Source: a virus. Taken from it: a DNA stretch of 64,000 bases. The stretch covers positions 1 to 64,000 of the IMG/VR virus record IMGVR_UViG_3300009499_000148; one strand, given 5' to 3'. Shown one piece after another: positions 40,141 through 49,227 of this stretch (position 1 is the stretch's first letter; the number at the start of each line of letters is the position of its first letter). The notes below the pieces were generated by a model. The model did no database searches. It was not told the origin of the DNA and saw nothing but the letters and a program-made list of their open reading frames with translations. A program made the translations under genes and the position numbers.

Positions 40141-41067
40141 TTAACCCAGTGTGTTCGTCTTTCGAAGCTTCTTGATTATGGGTTGCTCACTGTCATAAAC
40201 CCTCTTGACACCGTTACCCATCATCGATGTCGTGATGCGAACGTAATCAACGAGCTTCTTCACACCCTCAGGTTCAAGGCTTGCGCTCTGGTCTGAACCG
40301 TATGACGTTCTATCGAGTGTGATATGGAACTCAAGCATCTTTGCACCAAGAGCGACGACGGCGGGAACCCATGACAGGCCTGAGTAGTGATTTGAAAAAC
40401 CGATGTTCGGTCGCGACCTATCGTTGAACGTCATAGTCGTCATGCTCAGGTTCTTGAGACCCATATCCACGGCACGTGCAAGGCGTGGGATGATGTCGAA
40501 TGAATCGTTCAGAGTTCGAATGTAGCTCAGGTTCATCTCTTCTGGCTTCGTTGGATATGTGCTTGTGCAATGGAGGATTGTGTCAAGGCTTGTGCCAAGA
40601 ATATCACACGCTCTGAATATCTGTTCCTCTGTCGCCATTCCCGTCGATAGGATGACTGGCTTCCTCGTCATGACCAACCGCTCAAGAAAACGAACGTCAG
40701 TCAGCAATGCTGATGCGACCTTATGAAAGGGTACATCGAAATTGTTATCGATGAAATCGACTGACAACTTATCCCAACATGAGACGAACCATCCGATGCC
40801 ACGCTCACGACAGTGCTTATCGATGGCGTGGTATTCATCTAGACCAAACTCAAGTCCCTCTTTTTGAGCACGGTTCGTCTTTCCCCACGGGCTTTCACGA
40901 GGAGCATCTAGCTCTTCCTGTGTGTAGCATGTGTTGATGTCCCGCTTCTGAAACTTTATGTAATCGCAACCACTATCTGCAGCTACGTCGATAAGCTTCC
41001 TAGCAATGTCAATCGAACCGTTTGCGTTAATCCCTGCCTCGGCAACAAGCGTGATACCATTAATCAT
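40141..41067 (-). CDS. neuB: N-acetylneuraminate/ulosonate synthase family (short form lacking the C-terminal SAF domain)
   Basis: AEAGINANG, IKFQKR, KVASA, VILSTGM, LHCTSTYP, GFSNH and LEFHITLDR..GSDQSASLEP. Confidence 0.93.
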   Translation of the reverse strand: MINGITLVAEAGINANGSIDIARKLIDVAADSGCDYIKFQKRDINTCYTQEELDAPRESPWGKTNRAQKEGLEFGLDEYHAIDKHCRERGIGWFVSCWDKLSVDFIDNNFDVPFHKVASALLTDVRFLERLVMTRKPVILSTGMATEEQIFRACDILGTSLDTILHCTSTYPTKPEEMNLSYIRTLNDSFDIIPRLARAVDMGLKNLSMTTMTFNDRSRPNIGFSNHYSGLSWVPAVVALGAKMLEFHITLDRTSYGSDQSASLEPEGVKKLVDYVRITTSMMGNGVKRVYDSEQPIIKKLRKTNTLG

Positions 41068-41121
41068 ATCTCTAACCCCTAAGCTGTCCACAACGTAAGT
41101 TTCATTGTATAGTCCTATTGT

Positions 41122-41592
41122 TTACTTAAAAAATGCACGTATATATGTTTTAAAGTTTTTTACAAAAACAAAGAACATATGAAACTGTAATGATATAGAT
41201 GTGTCATACTTCAACATGATTCGATATGCTCTCAACCATGCATTAAATTCAAAACGAACTCTATGGAAATCAACTCTATCATCAGAAAAATCTTCGCTGA
41301 GTCTTATATAGCCTTCTTTTTCTTGTTGAGTATGTCCATATTCATGTAATAAAACACATGCACACTCTTTAATATTAAAAGGCCAATGTATTGAATATAA
41401 AGAACTAGCTTTGGGTGAAAAATCTTCACTTAAAAATAAAAAAGGCCTTAAGGCAAATTTCGGCGATATTCTTACTTGAAGTGGTATTTTTTCATACTGA
41501 AAATTTCGATTGTCAAATATCAATTTTTGTGAATGAGGTTGACTATCAATAATATGATTCCAAAGCCTATTACACTTAATGTTATTACACAT
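41122..41592 (-). CDS. AT-rich inserted gene, HExxH metallopeptidase-like (ImmA/IrrE-like)
   Basis: VLLHEYGH plus downstream EFNAW. TGATG overlap at 41592. Markedly AT-rich. Confidence 0.6.
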   Translation of the reverse strand: MCNNIKCNRLWNHIIDSQPHSQKLIFDNRNFQYEKIPLQVRISPKFALRPFLFLSEDFSPKASSLYSIHWPFNIKECACVLLHEYGHTQQEKEGYIRLSEDFSDDRVDFHRVRFEFNAWLRAYRIMLKYDTSISLQFHMFFVFVKNFKTYIRAFFK

Positions 41593-42383
41593 CACCACGC
41601 TCTCCATCCTGCATCGATCGCGATATCGGCGCCCGTGACGTAGCTCGACATATCGCTAGCAAGGAATGCAATCACGCCCTTGAGCTCCTCGGGTCTTCCA
41701 ACGCGGCCCAACATGGTCTTCTTCTGAAGCTCTTCCTCGAACCATCCCCTGTCGTTATCAAAGCTACCCGGCCGTGAGAACGATCCAGGAGAGATGCTGT
41801 TGCAACGTATCCCATGCTTTCCACCGATGGCTGCGATGTATCGCGTTGCCTGCAACATCGCTGCCTTCATCGCACCGTATTGTATCGCATTTCCCATTCC
41901 AGGTGTGTCCCTGTAGATTGCATGATTGGGTGCAACATGTCCAAGCATCGATGCGACATTGATGATGCTCCCACCACCCTGTGCTTTCATCACACCATAC
42001 ACTACCTGTGTCAGCATCAGAGGCCCAACGAACCCATCAGTCGCTGCACGTGTCGCACCGTCGACCGTGAGATTCTCAAAATCAAGCTCCTTGCTCCACT
42101 CATGGCTGTTATTGACTAGAATGTCGATGCGACCCGTTCTGTTGAGAACGACATCAACGATTGATGACATCGGGTCTGCTGTGACGTCAGCGACGACTGT
42201 GTGAAAGTTGCTGACATTGATGTGTGTCGTGAATGATGTGCTCTTACCCCTCGACACGGCAAAGACATCACAGCCAAGCTCACTCAATGTCTCACACATC
42301 GGAGCGCCGAGCCACCCAGTGCCTCCAGTGACTATCGCAGTGCGACCCTTGAGGTCAATCAGCTCATTTATCGGTTTCATCAT
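41592..42383 (-). CDS. Short-chain dehydrogenase/reductase
   Basis: VTGGTGWLG, GRIDILVNN, IINVAS, YGAMKAA and RCNSISPG. Confidence 0.92.
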   Translation of the reverse strand: MMKPINELIDLKGRTAIVTGGTGWLGAPMCETLSELGCDVFAVSRGKSTSFTTHINVSNFHTVVADVTADPMSSIVDVVLNRTGRIDILVNNSHEWSKELDFENLTVDGATRAATDGFVGPLMLTQVVYGVMKAQGGGSIINVASMLGHVAPNHAIYRDTPGMGNAIQYGAMKAAMLQATRYIAAIGGKHGIRCNSISPGSFSRPGSFDNDRGWFEEELQKKTMLGRVGRPEELKGVIAFLASDMSSYVTGADIAIDAGWRAW

Positions 42384-43191
42384 ACCCAAGAATTCTATTA
42401 ACAAATGCAACGTTGTTCATGAAAAGCTCTTTCTCTTTGCCGTTCTCACCGCGTGCTGTCTGAAACGTCACATACTCTACACATGGCCATCCCTTGATGT
42501 ACTCGATATCATCCAACGAGGTGTTTCCCTGACCGAGTGGCACTGTCGAACCAAGCCTCTTTGAAAAATCCTTCACATGAACATTATCAACCCATTTGCT
42601 GACATGCTTATCGTAATCTGTGATGTAGATGCCGTGCTTCGTCATGTTTCCCGTGTCCATCGTGATACGAAAAACATCATCATGCTTGTTCAAGAGCTGC
42701 ATCATCGCCTCTAACGTGTACGGGTCGAGGTCTGTCTCTAAAGAGAACGTGATGCCTTTCCATATCCTAGCGACATTGACGAGCTCCATCATCACGCAAA
42801 GCATGAGTGATGTATCGTGTGCAAGCGATGCCTTCTCAAGGAATGGAAGCACAAGCTTTCTGATGTGTTGCTTCTGCAACGTTACACATGCATCAGCCAA
42901 CACTCTGCTTCTGAACGATGACGATATGAACTCATCAGATATCAGAACGTCTAGACACACTGCACTGACATCAACGGGTAGCTTTCTCACATCACACCTG
43001 TCAAGCTGCAACACTGACTCACGCTCAGTCCATATCCACTCGATGTGTGATGCTTTGACCTCACGTGCTATGTCAAACTCTTCTTCCCATCGACCCCATG
43101 GAAAGCTCTGGATGAAATCACTCTCCTGTGGAAGAAGACGTCCCTGTATCACACCGTACATACGCGGTGTCGTGCGTATGAAATCACTCAT
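42364..43191 (-). CDS. Sugar phosphate isomerase/epimerase (xylose-isomerase-like TIM barrel)
   Basis: GVIQGRL..QSFP..WEEEF, IEWI, SLET, DTGN, VHVKD and TVPLGQG. Confidence 0.82.
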   Translation of the reverse strand: MSDFIRTTPRMYGVIQGRLLPQESDFIQSFPWGRWEEEFDIAREVKASHIEWIWTERESVLQLDRCDVRKLPVDVSAVCLDVLISDEFISSSFRSRVLADACVTLQKQHIRKLVLPFLEKASLAHDTSLMLCVMMELVNVARIWKGITFSLETDLDPYTLEAMMQLLNKHDDVFRITMDTGNMTKHGIYITDYDKHVSKWVDNVHVKDFSKRLGSTVPLGQGNTSLDDIEYIKGWPCVEYVTFQTARGENGKEKELFMNNVAFVNRILGYDETDK

Positions 43192-43375
43192 CGCTTTTCA
43201 ACATCCGTGAGACGCTGTCAGTGATTGACGACGTCAATGAACCCACAAGAGGTATGTGCAACAGAGAATGTGCATTTATGATATCGATTCGATTGATAAG
43301 CACATTCTCTGTATACTGAATGTTTCGACCTGAGAAGTCAAGGGCATCAGTCATACACACGCCCGACGCTTTCAT
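43184..43375 (-). CDS. Small hypothetical protein
   Basis: 63 aa filling the gap, with overlaps on both sides. Confidence 0.4.
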   Translation of the reverse strand: MKASGVCMTDALDFSGRNIQYTENVLINRIDIINAHSLLHIPLVGSLTSSITDSVSRMLKSDE

Positions 43376-43941
43376 CGATTGTCCTCGTACAGTGCGGCGC
43401 GCCTGGCAGAGCGTTCTAGCTCTGAGATGATGCCGCTAAGACCGAAAATACAATCACCTGAAAGAATCAGCTCCTGCATACCTATGAACGTAGATGTTTC
43501 TGTCGTGTTGAGATTCCAGATACGCTTGAACTGCTTAGAGTGTAGCATGCAAACATCACCCATCGGTTCTCCATCATCGTTAACGATTGCAAAGACGTAA
43601 TACGTGTCATCGCCGTCTTTATTGAATGACTCAACATGGTCGTGTGTAGCAGTGATTGTCGTTCCATTTTTCACAGACTTACAGCTCAATCTTGCGAATC
43701 GCCGACCGTTCGAATAAAGCAAGATGCCGCCGTACCTCTCGTCTAGGCTCGGTATGAATGATGAAAACAGCTGCCTCGATGAAGACTTTCCACAAAACGC
43801 GTCGATTAGTTGTTTAATTGTCACGATACGAACACAATCAACATTCAACTTGGCGCTCAACATCCGCTGCATATATTTTTCAAAATCATGGCCCTGCTTA
43901 GCTCTGCCTGATTCTTTATCATACGTCATGATGCTCTCCAA
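43372..43941 (-). CDS. Hypothetical protein, possible restriction-endonuclease-like fold
   Basis: KQGHDFEK...LDERYGGI...LSCKS loosely resembles G..FE / D / xCK of PD-(D/E)XK nucleases. Confidence 0.4.
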   Translation of the reverse strand: MESIMTYDKESGRAKQGHDFEKYMQRMLSAKLNVDCVRIVTIKQLIDAFCGKSSSRQLFSSFIPSLDERYGGILLYSNGRRFARLSCKSVKNGTTITATHDHVESFNKDGDDTYYVFAIVNDDGEPMGDVCMLHSKQFKRIWNLNTTETSTFIGMQELILSGDCIFGLSGIISELERSARRAALYEDNR

Positions 43942-44154
43942 TCAAATCTCATTAGCACACGTGCGTGTGCATTCATCGCAACAGTTGCAGACATCATCAT
44001 CACAACCGTTGACGTCGCTATCATATGGGCATGGATGACGTTTAGTGCCAGCGTTTATGCCGCACTTTTTGCATTTTCTTTTTCGTTGTCTCTTAACGTC
44101 AATCGGCTTCACACTCTCATCACTGCTTTCATCATGTTTCATATGATTGTCCAT
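43942..44154 (-). CDS. Small Cys-rich zinc-binding protein
   Basis: CKKC..HPCPY..CNCCDECTRTC. Confidence 0.6.
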   Translation of the reverse strand: MDNHMKHDESSDESVKPIDVKRQRKRKCKKCGINAGTKRHPCPYDSDVNGCDDDVCNCCDECTRTCANEI

Positions 44155-44822
44155 CCACCGTCAATGATTATCTCTGCACCCGTCATGTATCTGTTATCTT
44201 GTGAAAGAAGCATTCTCATGGCTGGCTCAAGGTCCTTCAGTGAAGCCATCCTACCCATCGGTGCATACGAGCCATATAGGTTCTTAAACTCAATCGGTTG
44301 GTCATGTGAGACACCGCCAGGAACGATGCAGTTGACGCGTATGTCGGGTGCAAGATGCACAGCAAGGATTCGTGTCAGATGTGCAACGCCCGCTTTCGAC
44401 ACAGAGTAACCAACGTGCTTATGAGCGCCGTCATACATGTCTGGTCGAGCAGAGACGATGCCAGTCGATGCACCAAAATTAACGATGTTGCCGTGCTTGT
44501 TGTTTCGTGCATACTCACGACAGACTGAAAAGAGCGACGTGAGATTGACCTCAAGACAGTCTCTAAAGCTCTGCAAAGGAAGGTCGAACAGCGTTCCTCT
44601 CTTCTCACCTGAAGCAACGTGGTCGTTGAATGCGAACAGATTCACTATCGATGATGCCTGGCCCTGCGGAGATGCAAAGAACTCCCTGACATACGCTTCA
44701 TCAGTGAGGTCATGGCCGAGCGCGACATCAAGCTCGATGACCTCCTCAAGCAACGTATTCATTATGAACTGCACCATGTGCTGTCCAATCAATCCCCTAG
44801 AACCTGCAACTATCACAGTCAT
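44139..44822 (-). CDS. Short-chain dehydrogenase/reductase
   Basis: VAGSRGLIG, IVNFGAS, YSVSKAG, IRVNCIVPGGV and TGAEIIIDGGW. Confidence 0.9.
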   Translation of the reverse strand: MTVIVAGSRGLIGQHMVQFIMNTLLEEVIELDVALGHDLTDEAYVREFFASPQGQASSIVNLFAFNDHVASGEKRGTLFDLPLQSFRDCLEVNLTSLFSVCREYARNNKHGNIVNFGASTGIVSARPDMYDGAHKHVGYSVSKAGVAHLTRILAVHLAPDIRVNCIVPGGVSHDQPIEFKNLYGSYAPMGRMASLKDLEPAMRMLLSQDNRYMTGAEIIIDGGWTII

Positions 44823-45697
44823 TTTTCGACCTCAATAATTGAAAAATTTTTCGACCTTACATCACTTTCACGTATTCTAACTAATTTTAGACAATGCTCA
44901 GCAAACCATTGATTTTGTTCTTTATCAGTTTGAATTTTTTTCAAAATTACTTTATCTCTAGCAGAACTTGAATTAAGAAGTTGTTCTATCGATCTATCAA
45001 GACCATGCCAATAATCACCATCAACTTGAATATAAAGCTTTTTAGACTTAACATAAAAATCGATCGGCCACTTATGAACAAACACTTGATATTCAACATC
45101 ATCAATTCCAAACAGTTTTTGAAGAAAAATATCTACATGACATTCAGGCTGTGTTTTTTGTCCATATGATGAATTTCGCTTCATCGTTTCATGTTGTCTA
45201 GCCCTAATCGACGGATCATTTTCAATGGCTTTTTTCATAGAAAAGCTTTTTTTCATTTTGACTTCAGGTCTATTTTGAGATTCTGTAAGAGAGATTATCC
45301 GTTTTTCTCTAACAACTGGATCTATCCAACTAATTTTTAGCTTTTCACTTTTTTTGAATCGAACTTCAGGTCTATTTTGTGCTTCTTTATTTGAGATTCG
45401 TTGTTTTTCTTTGACTGTCGGATTAGCTTGTATCTTTTTTGATATCTCAGAACGTATTTTTCTTACACCAGGTTGAGACCAGATTTCTTTTTGAGCTTTA
45501 CTCTTTTTTTCTCGAATATCATCACGATTAGCAAACTCTTTCATTGCTAGTTTATGATTTTTTTTAGCTTCTACTGTTTGACAACCATTTCTTTGTGAAA
45601 GATCTCTAATCTCTTTCCATTTTTCATCATGATGCTTACGATGAATACGCATTCCTTTGTTTGATTGAAAATTTCGAAGACAAATATCACAAATCAT
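44819..45697 (-). CDS. Putative homing endonuclease: C2H2 finger, 17-aa helical repeats and Vsr/DUF559-like nuclease
   Basis: CDIC..F....GMRIHRKHH, about 8 repeats of PEV+EK+S type, and TQPE..WPIDFY..IQVDGDYWHG..D..QN. Very AT-rich. Confidence 0.82.
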   Translation of the reverse strand: MICDICLRNFQSNKGMRIHRKHHDEKWKEIRDLSQRNGCQTVEAKKNHKLAMKEFANRDDIREKKSKAQKEIWSQPGVRKIRSEISKKIQANPTVKEKQRISNKEAQNRPEVRFKKSEKLKISWIDPVVREKRIISLTESQNRPEVKMKKSFSMKKAIENDPSIRARQHETMKRNSSYGQKTQPECHVDIFLQKLFGIDDVEYQVFVHKWPIDFYVKSKKLYIQVDGDYWHGLDRSIEQLLNSSSARDKVILKKIQTDKEQNQWFAEHCLKLVRIRESDVRSKNFSIIEVEK

Positions 45698-46656
45698 CTT
45701 TTATTCCATTCTTTAACTTGACTAATAAAATCAATGCCAACATTTCGTGACCACTGTTGACATATTTGCTGTGTAATCAGCCCCATTGGTTCTGAGTTAA
45801 TACAACCCTTTATCAATTGCCCGTTGAGACGATTACATGGAATAAGATTAGTGAACGTCCCAGTGAAAAATGCCTCATCTGCATTTAGAACATCATAAGG
45901 TTCAAAATTACATTCAATAACCTCGAGACCAAGCACCGGTGCTATGACATCGATGATGTACGTCATGCTACATCCACGAAGCACATTCCTGAGTTCTGGA
46001 ACGATAATCTTACGGTCTTTAATGATGACAAAGTTCGCACCTGTGCCCTCTGCGATAAGACCCTGTTCATCAAGCAGTAGCGCCTGCGCGTCCTTACCGT
46101 AGTGATTGGCCTGGATGTTCGCCAACATTAGATGAGCCCTTGAACGAGATTTCACCTTAGGGTCGAGGTATTGAGACGATATCTGTCTCTGCGGCACGAT
46201 GACAGCATTCGCACCAGTCTCATAGAAATGAGCCATCGTCTTTGCTGTCTTACTGAGAGGCCATGCGTTGATAATCCACGTCGGCTGGCCCCATTCCTCA
46301 CCCTCATCAAGCTCAAATACCTCACGATACACAGGTAGTGGGCCACGAGAGACATTAATCATGAAACGATACTCGTCATCTCTATAATGGGATTCATTCC
46401 TAACCATGACATCATGGATGATATCACGGAGCTCATTTCGCGTCTTATTGATGGGAATTGAAAAGCTTCTCATCGATGAAAAAAGTCTATCGATGTGCTC
46501 GTCGAGTAAGAAATGACGATGAACAAACGTTCGATGCATCTCAAAACAACCATCACCAAACATGAATTGTGAATCAGTCCATGAGATGGAAAGCTCCTCA
46601 TCAGGAAGCCAACGACCATTCTTATAACCGATGCGGCCCGTAGAAATTGGTCTCAT
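45694..46656 (-). CDS. PLP-dependent aminotransferase class IV (BCAT/D-aminotransferase fold)
   Basis: FMFGDGCFE, HIDRL, KVKSRSR, EGTGANF, LRGCS and ADEAFFTGT. Confidence 0.9.
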   Translation of the reverse strand: MRPISTGRIGYKNGRWLPDEELSISWTDSQFMFGDGCFEMHRTFVHRHFLLDEHIDRLFSSMRSFSIPINKTRNELRDIIHDVMVRNESHYRDDEYRFMINVSRGPLPVYREVFELDEGEEWGQPTWIINAWPLSKTAKTMAHFYETGANAVIVPQRQISSQYLDPKVKSRSRAHLMLANIQANHYGKDAQALLLDEQGLIAEGTGANFVIIKDRKIIVPELRNVLRGCSMTYIIDVIAPVLGLEVIECNFEPYDVLNADEAFFTGTFTNLIPCNRLNGQLIKGCINSEPMGLITQQICQQWSRNVGIDFISQVKEWNKR

Positions 46657-46690
46657 TGGATGACCCTCAACAAGATACAGTTAAAAAAAA

Positions 46691-47410
46691 TCATCCCTCA
46701 ATCTGCCTCTTCTTCCAATCATCATTACGATACTGATTGATGACCGTCAGCCCAGGATGTTTCATGAAGAAATCGACAATCTCAGAACGAGTGCATCCAG
46801 AGCCAAGGATGCGATGCACTGTCGAAATGACCCAATAATCTTGCTCATAATCAAGCGTAAGACGGATGTCCTTCTCAATCGGTTCAACATAAAATCCAAG
46901 CATCGCCTGCTTCAGACCCGGCAACAGATGCTTCCACACCATCTCAGTGCTGATGTTTGGATTAACGTTGTCAAGCGACGATACTATCGACGACGTCTTG
47001 AATGCCCAGCCATGTGAGCCAAGATACGCATCCATGTTAGGAGCAACGACGTCTAGGCCCCTTGCTTCAAGCTGGTCCATCGACTGCTGACACAACCCAC
47101 CATCAAAGAATGGGTCGTCAGCATCGACTGTGATGAACTGTTTCACACCAAAACGCTCACATGCCTGTGCCCACCTCAACATCTTATTCTGAGCAGGGCC
47201 CCTGTGGATACGTTCTCCGACGATTGGACGCAACATCTTCACAAGAGCATCATCAGAAGAGTCATCTGTCGTCGCGATGATGGGAGAAAATCCGAACCCG
47301 ATGCATCTATGAACGACATGCTGTATCACAGTCGTCGTGCCAAGAGGCAGGAGACACTTTCCAGGAAGCCGCGTCGATGCAGTTCGAACAGAGATGATTG
47401 CATCAATCAT
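46691..47410 (-). CDS. CMP-ulosonate synthetase / cytidylyltransferase (SpsF/PseF/KdsB-like)
   Basis: VRTASTRLPGKCL, ATT..SDD, VDADDPF and IRLTLDYEQD. Confidence 0.88.
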   Translation of the reverse strand: MIDAIISVRTASTRLPGKCLLPLGTTTVIQHVVHRCIGFGFSPIIATTDDSSDDALVKMLRPIVGERIHRGPAQNKMLRWAQACERFGVKQFITVDADDPFFDGGLCQQSMDQLEARGLDVVAPNMDAYLGSHGWAFKTSSIVSSLDNVNPNISTEMVWKHLLPGLKQAMLGFYVEPIEKDIRLTLDYEQDYWVISTVHRILGSGCTRSEIVDFFMKHPGLTVINQYRNDDWKKRQIEG

Positions 47411-47663
47411 TCCCATGCTCCTTCTCAAGAACACGCATCAGATGCTTGAACGTCGAACGCATGAACGCGGGGGCGGGTGTTGTTGCACCGTCCATCCAAT
47501 GCTTAATCGTCTGTTGCGACACACCCATCTTCTCAGCAAGGTCTGCAAGCTTAAATTGCATCAATGCATATGCATTCACTAACGCTGTCCTACATGCGGG
47601 TGCATCCTCAAAATCAACAGCACGAAGCTCATCCATCAATGCAATGTATTCACTGACATCCAT
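47403..47663 (-). CDS. XRE/Cro-type helix-turn-helix regulator
   Basis: LADLAEKMGVSQQTIKHWMDGATTP. Confidence 0.8.
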   Translation of the reverse strand: MDVSEYIALMDELRAVDFEDAPACRTALVNAYALMQFKLADLAEKMGVSQQTIKHWMDGATTPAPAFMRSTFKHLMRVLEKEHGND

Positions 47664-48592
47664 TATGTGAATAACTGTATCATGAATTGATGAACGTTTT
47701 CACTGGCGACATCGACACGATTCAAATGAGCGCCACGGCACATACCAACGATTGCATCAACGTCTGTTTCAAGCAAACGCGTGTATAGGTCATGCTCAGG
47801 ATGTGAAAATGTGCTCCATGGATGCTTGTCTGGGTGAAGGTCAATGTTTATGTACCTACAACCGGCCTCGATGAGGTCAGTGTATGCAGTCGAACCGAAT
47901 CCGACGACTGCGCGTGATGCCAACGCCAGCTCAATGCCCTCCGCGGGATACCACACATCATCCCACACAACAGTGCAGTCTGACGATGAGACTGCCTGAT
48001 GCTTGCGGCGTTGCTTAACAACGACAGAGAATCCATCGTCTTTGAGCGCCGTGATGACAGCGTTTGCTGATGCAACATCACCCGCATCAGGATAAAAGAT
48101 GAGGATGCGCTTTTCATCGACATCAACCCTTGATGCTCCATCCCAGAATGGAATTGGGTGTGGCGGGTGGAGAAGATTGAGACGAGAGCCACGAGAACGA
48201 ACATGCTCAATCATCCATCGTGTCGGACAGACATACACATCACACAGCGCAGAGACGTCATCGTGGTGCCAATTACAATCGAACCCGTGCTGTATCGATA
48301 CTCTCTTAACGTTGCTACTGAACCTCTCTGCAGGAAACTCAAGCGACACAGCGTAATCAACGACAGACGAAGTATCAAACGGCCTAACCTCTGCCCAGGG
48401 ACAGCGTTCACTGACACGGTCGAGCAGCACCTGAAAGTTCTCGTGTCGTGCGAAACCGTTATACTTCTCACTTCGTCTTGAGACATCGAACGACTGGACG
48501 ACATCTGGCATGACATGATGTAGCACCCTACTGAAGGGTATCATGTAGCGAAGCTCAGTGAGCCCCGTCATGATGAACGATGCGCGCTTCAT
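47663..48592 (-). CDS. Putative GT-B transferase (candidate ulosonic-acid/sialyl-type transferase)
   Basis: SIQHG motif, CDVYVC, VVVKQR and VVGFGST. Next to the CMP synthetase. Start at the ATGA overlap, 48592. Confidence 0.5.
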   Translation of the reverse strand: MKRASFIMTGLTELRYMIPFSRVLHHVMPDVVQSFDVSRRSEKYNGFARHENFQVLLDRVSERCPWAEVRPFDTSSVVDYAVSLEFPAERFSSNVKRVSIQHGFDCNWHHDDVSALCDVYVCPTRWMIEHVRSRGSRLNLLHPPHPIPFWDGASRVDVDEKRILIFYPDAGDVASANAVITALKDDGFSVVVKQRRKHQAVSSSDCTVVWDDVWYPAEGIELALASRAVVGFGSTAYTDLIEAGCRYINIDLHPDKHPWSTFSHPEHDLYTRLLETDVDAIVGMCRGAHLNRVDVASENVHQFMIQLFT

Positions 48593-49227
48593 CTCTTTGG
48601 ATGGCCCAATGTGATTATGTAGAGCTGTGGAGATGCTGGCCAAAGCATCTTGAACCTGATGCGTTCGTAATCGTAATCAACGAGCGCTGGCACCTCATCA
48701 CAGATGATTTTATCAATGTCGGGTGCATCAGAATACCCGAAGCGCCCAGCGATGCTCTTCACAAACGCCTGGACCTCGGGTTGCATCACAAACTCATGAC
48801 GCCATAGGCATGAATGAAGCGTGTTACGTTTATCATACGCCCACTCATGCTCACCGTTCCTGACCCAACCGACCTTGAACGCATCGAAGCGCCAATGGTC
48901 GCCGAGCCCAAAATCAAGCATGATGCGCCCACCAACATTGAGATGAGCATCACACCTATCGATGAAATCACGTGGATTACGTGAAAAATACGGACACCTC
49001 GTCGAGACTATCAGGTCGTACTTTCGCTTGAGGCTCCACTCTGAGTTGATGTCCCACGAACCTGCTCCACCCAGACGAATGTCATAGAAGTCTCTGACAG
49101 AGCCTGGCACAGACGCTGTGAAAGCGTTCTCTCCATCGAACCCCAAGAACGCAGTTGCATCAGACATGACGCCCTCAAGTATCTGTCGATACTCTGCAAA
49201 AATGTATGGGTCAGACTTACCCATCAC
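48589..49227 (-). CDS. SAM-dependent methyltransferase-like protein
   Basis: AFLG, WDIN and YDLIVSTRCPYF..P..F..HLNVGG follow the class I MTase layout with a degenerate motif I. Confidence 0.6.
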   Translation of the reverse strand: MMGKSDPYIFAEYRQILEGVMSDATAFLGFDGENAFTASVPGSVRDFYDIRLGGAGSWDINSEWSLKRKYDLIVSTRCPYFSRNPRDFIDRCDAHLNVGGRIMLDFGLGDHWRFDAFKVGWVRNGEHEWAYDKRNTLHSCLWRHEFVMQPEVQAFVKSIAGRFGYSDAPDIDKIICDEVPALVDYDYERIRFKMLWPASPQLYIITLGHPKR

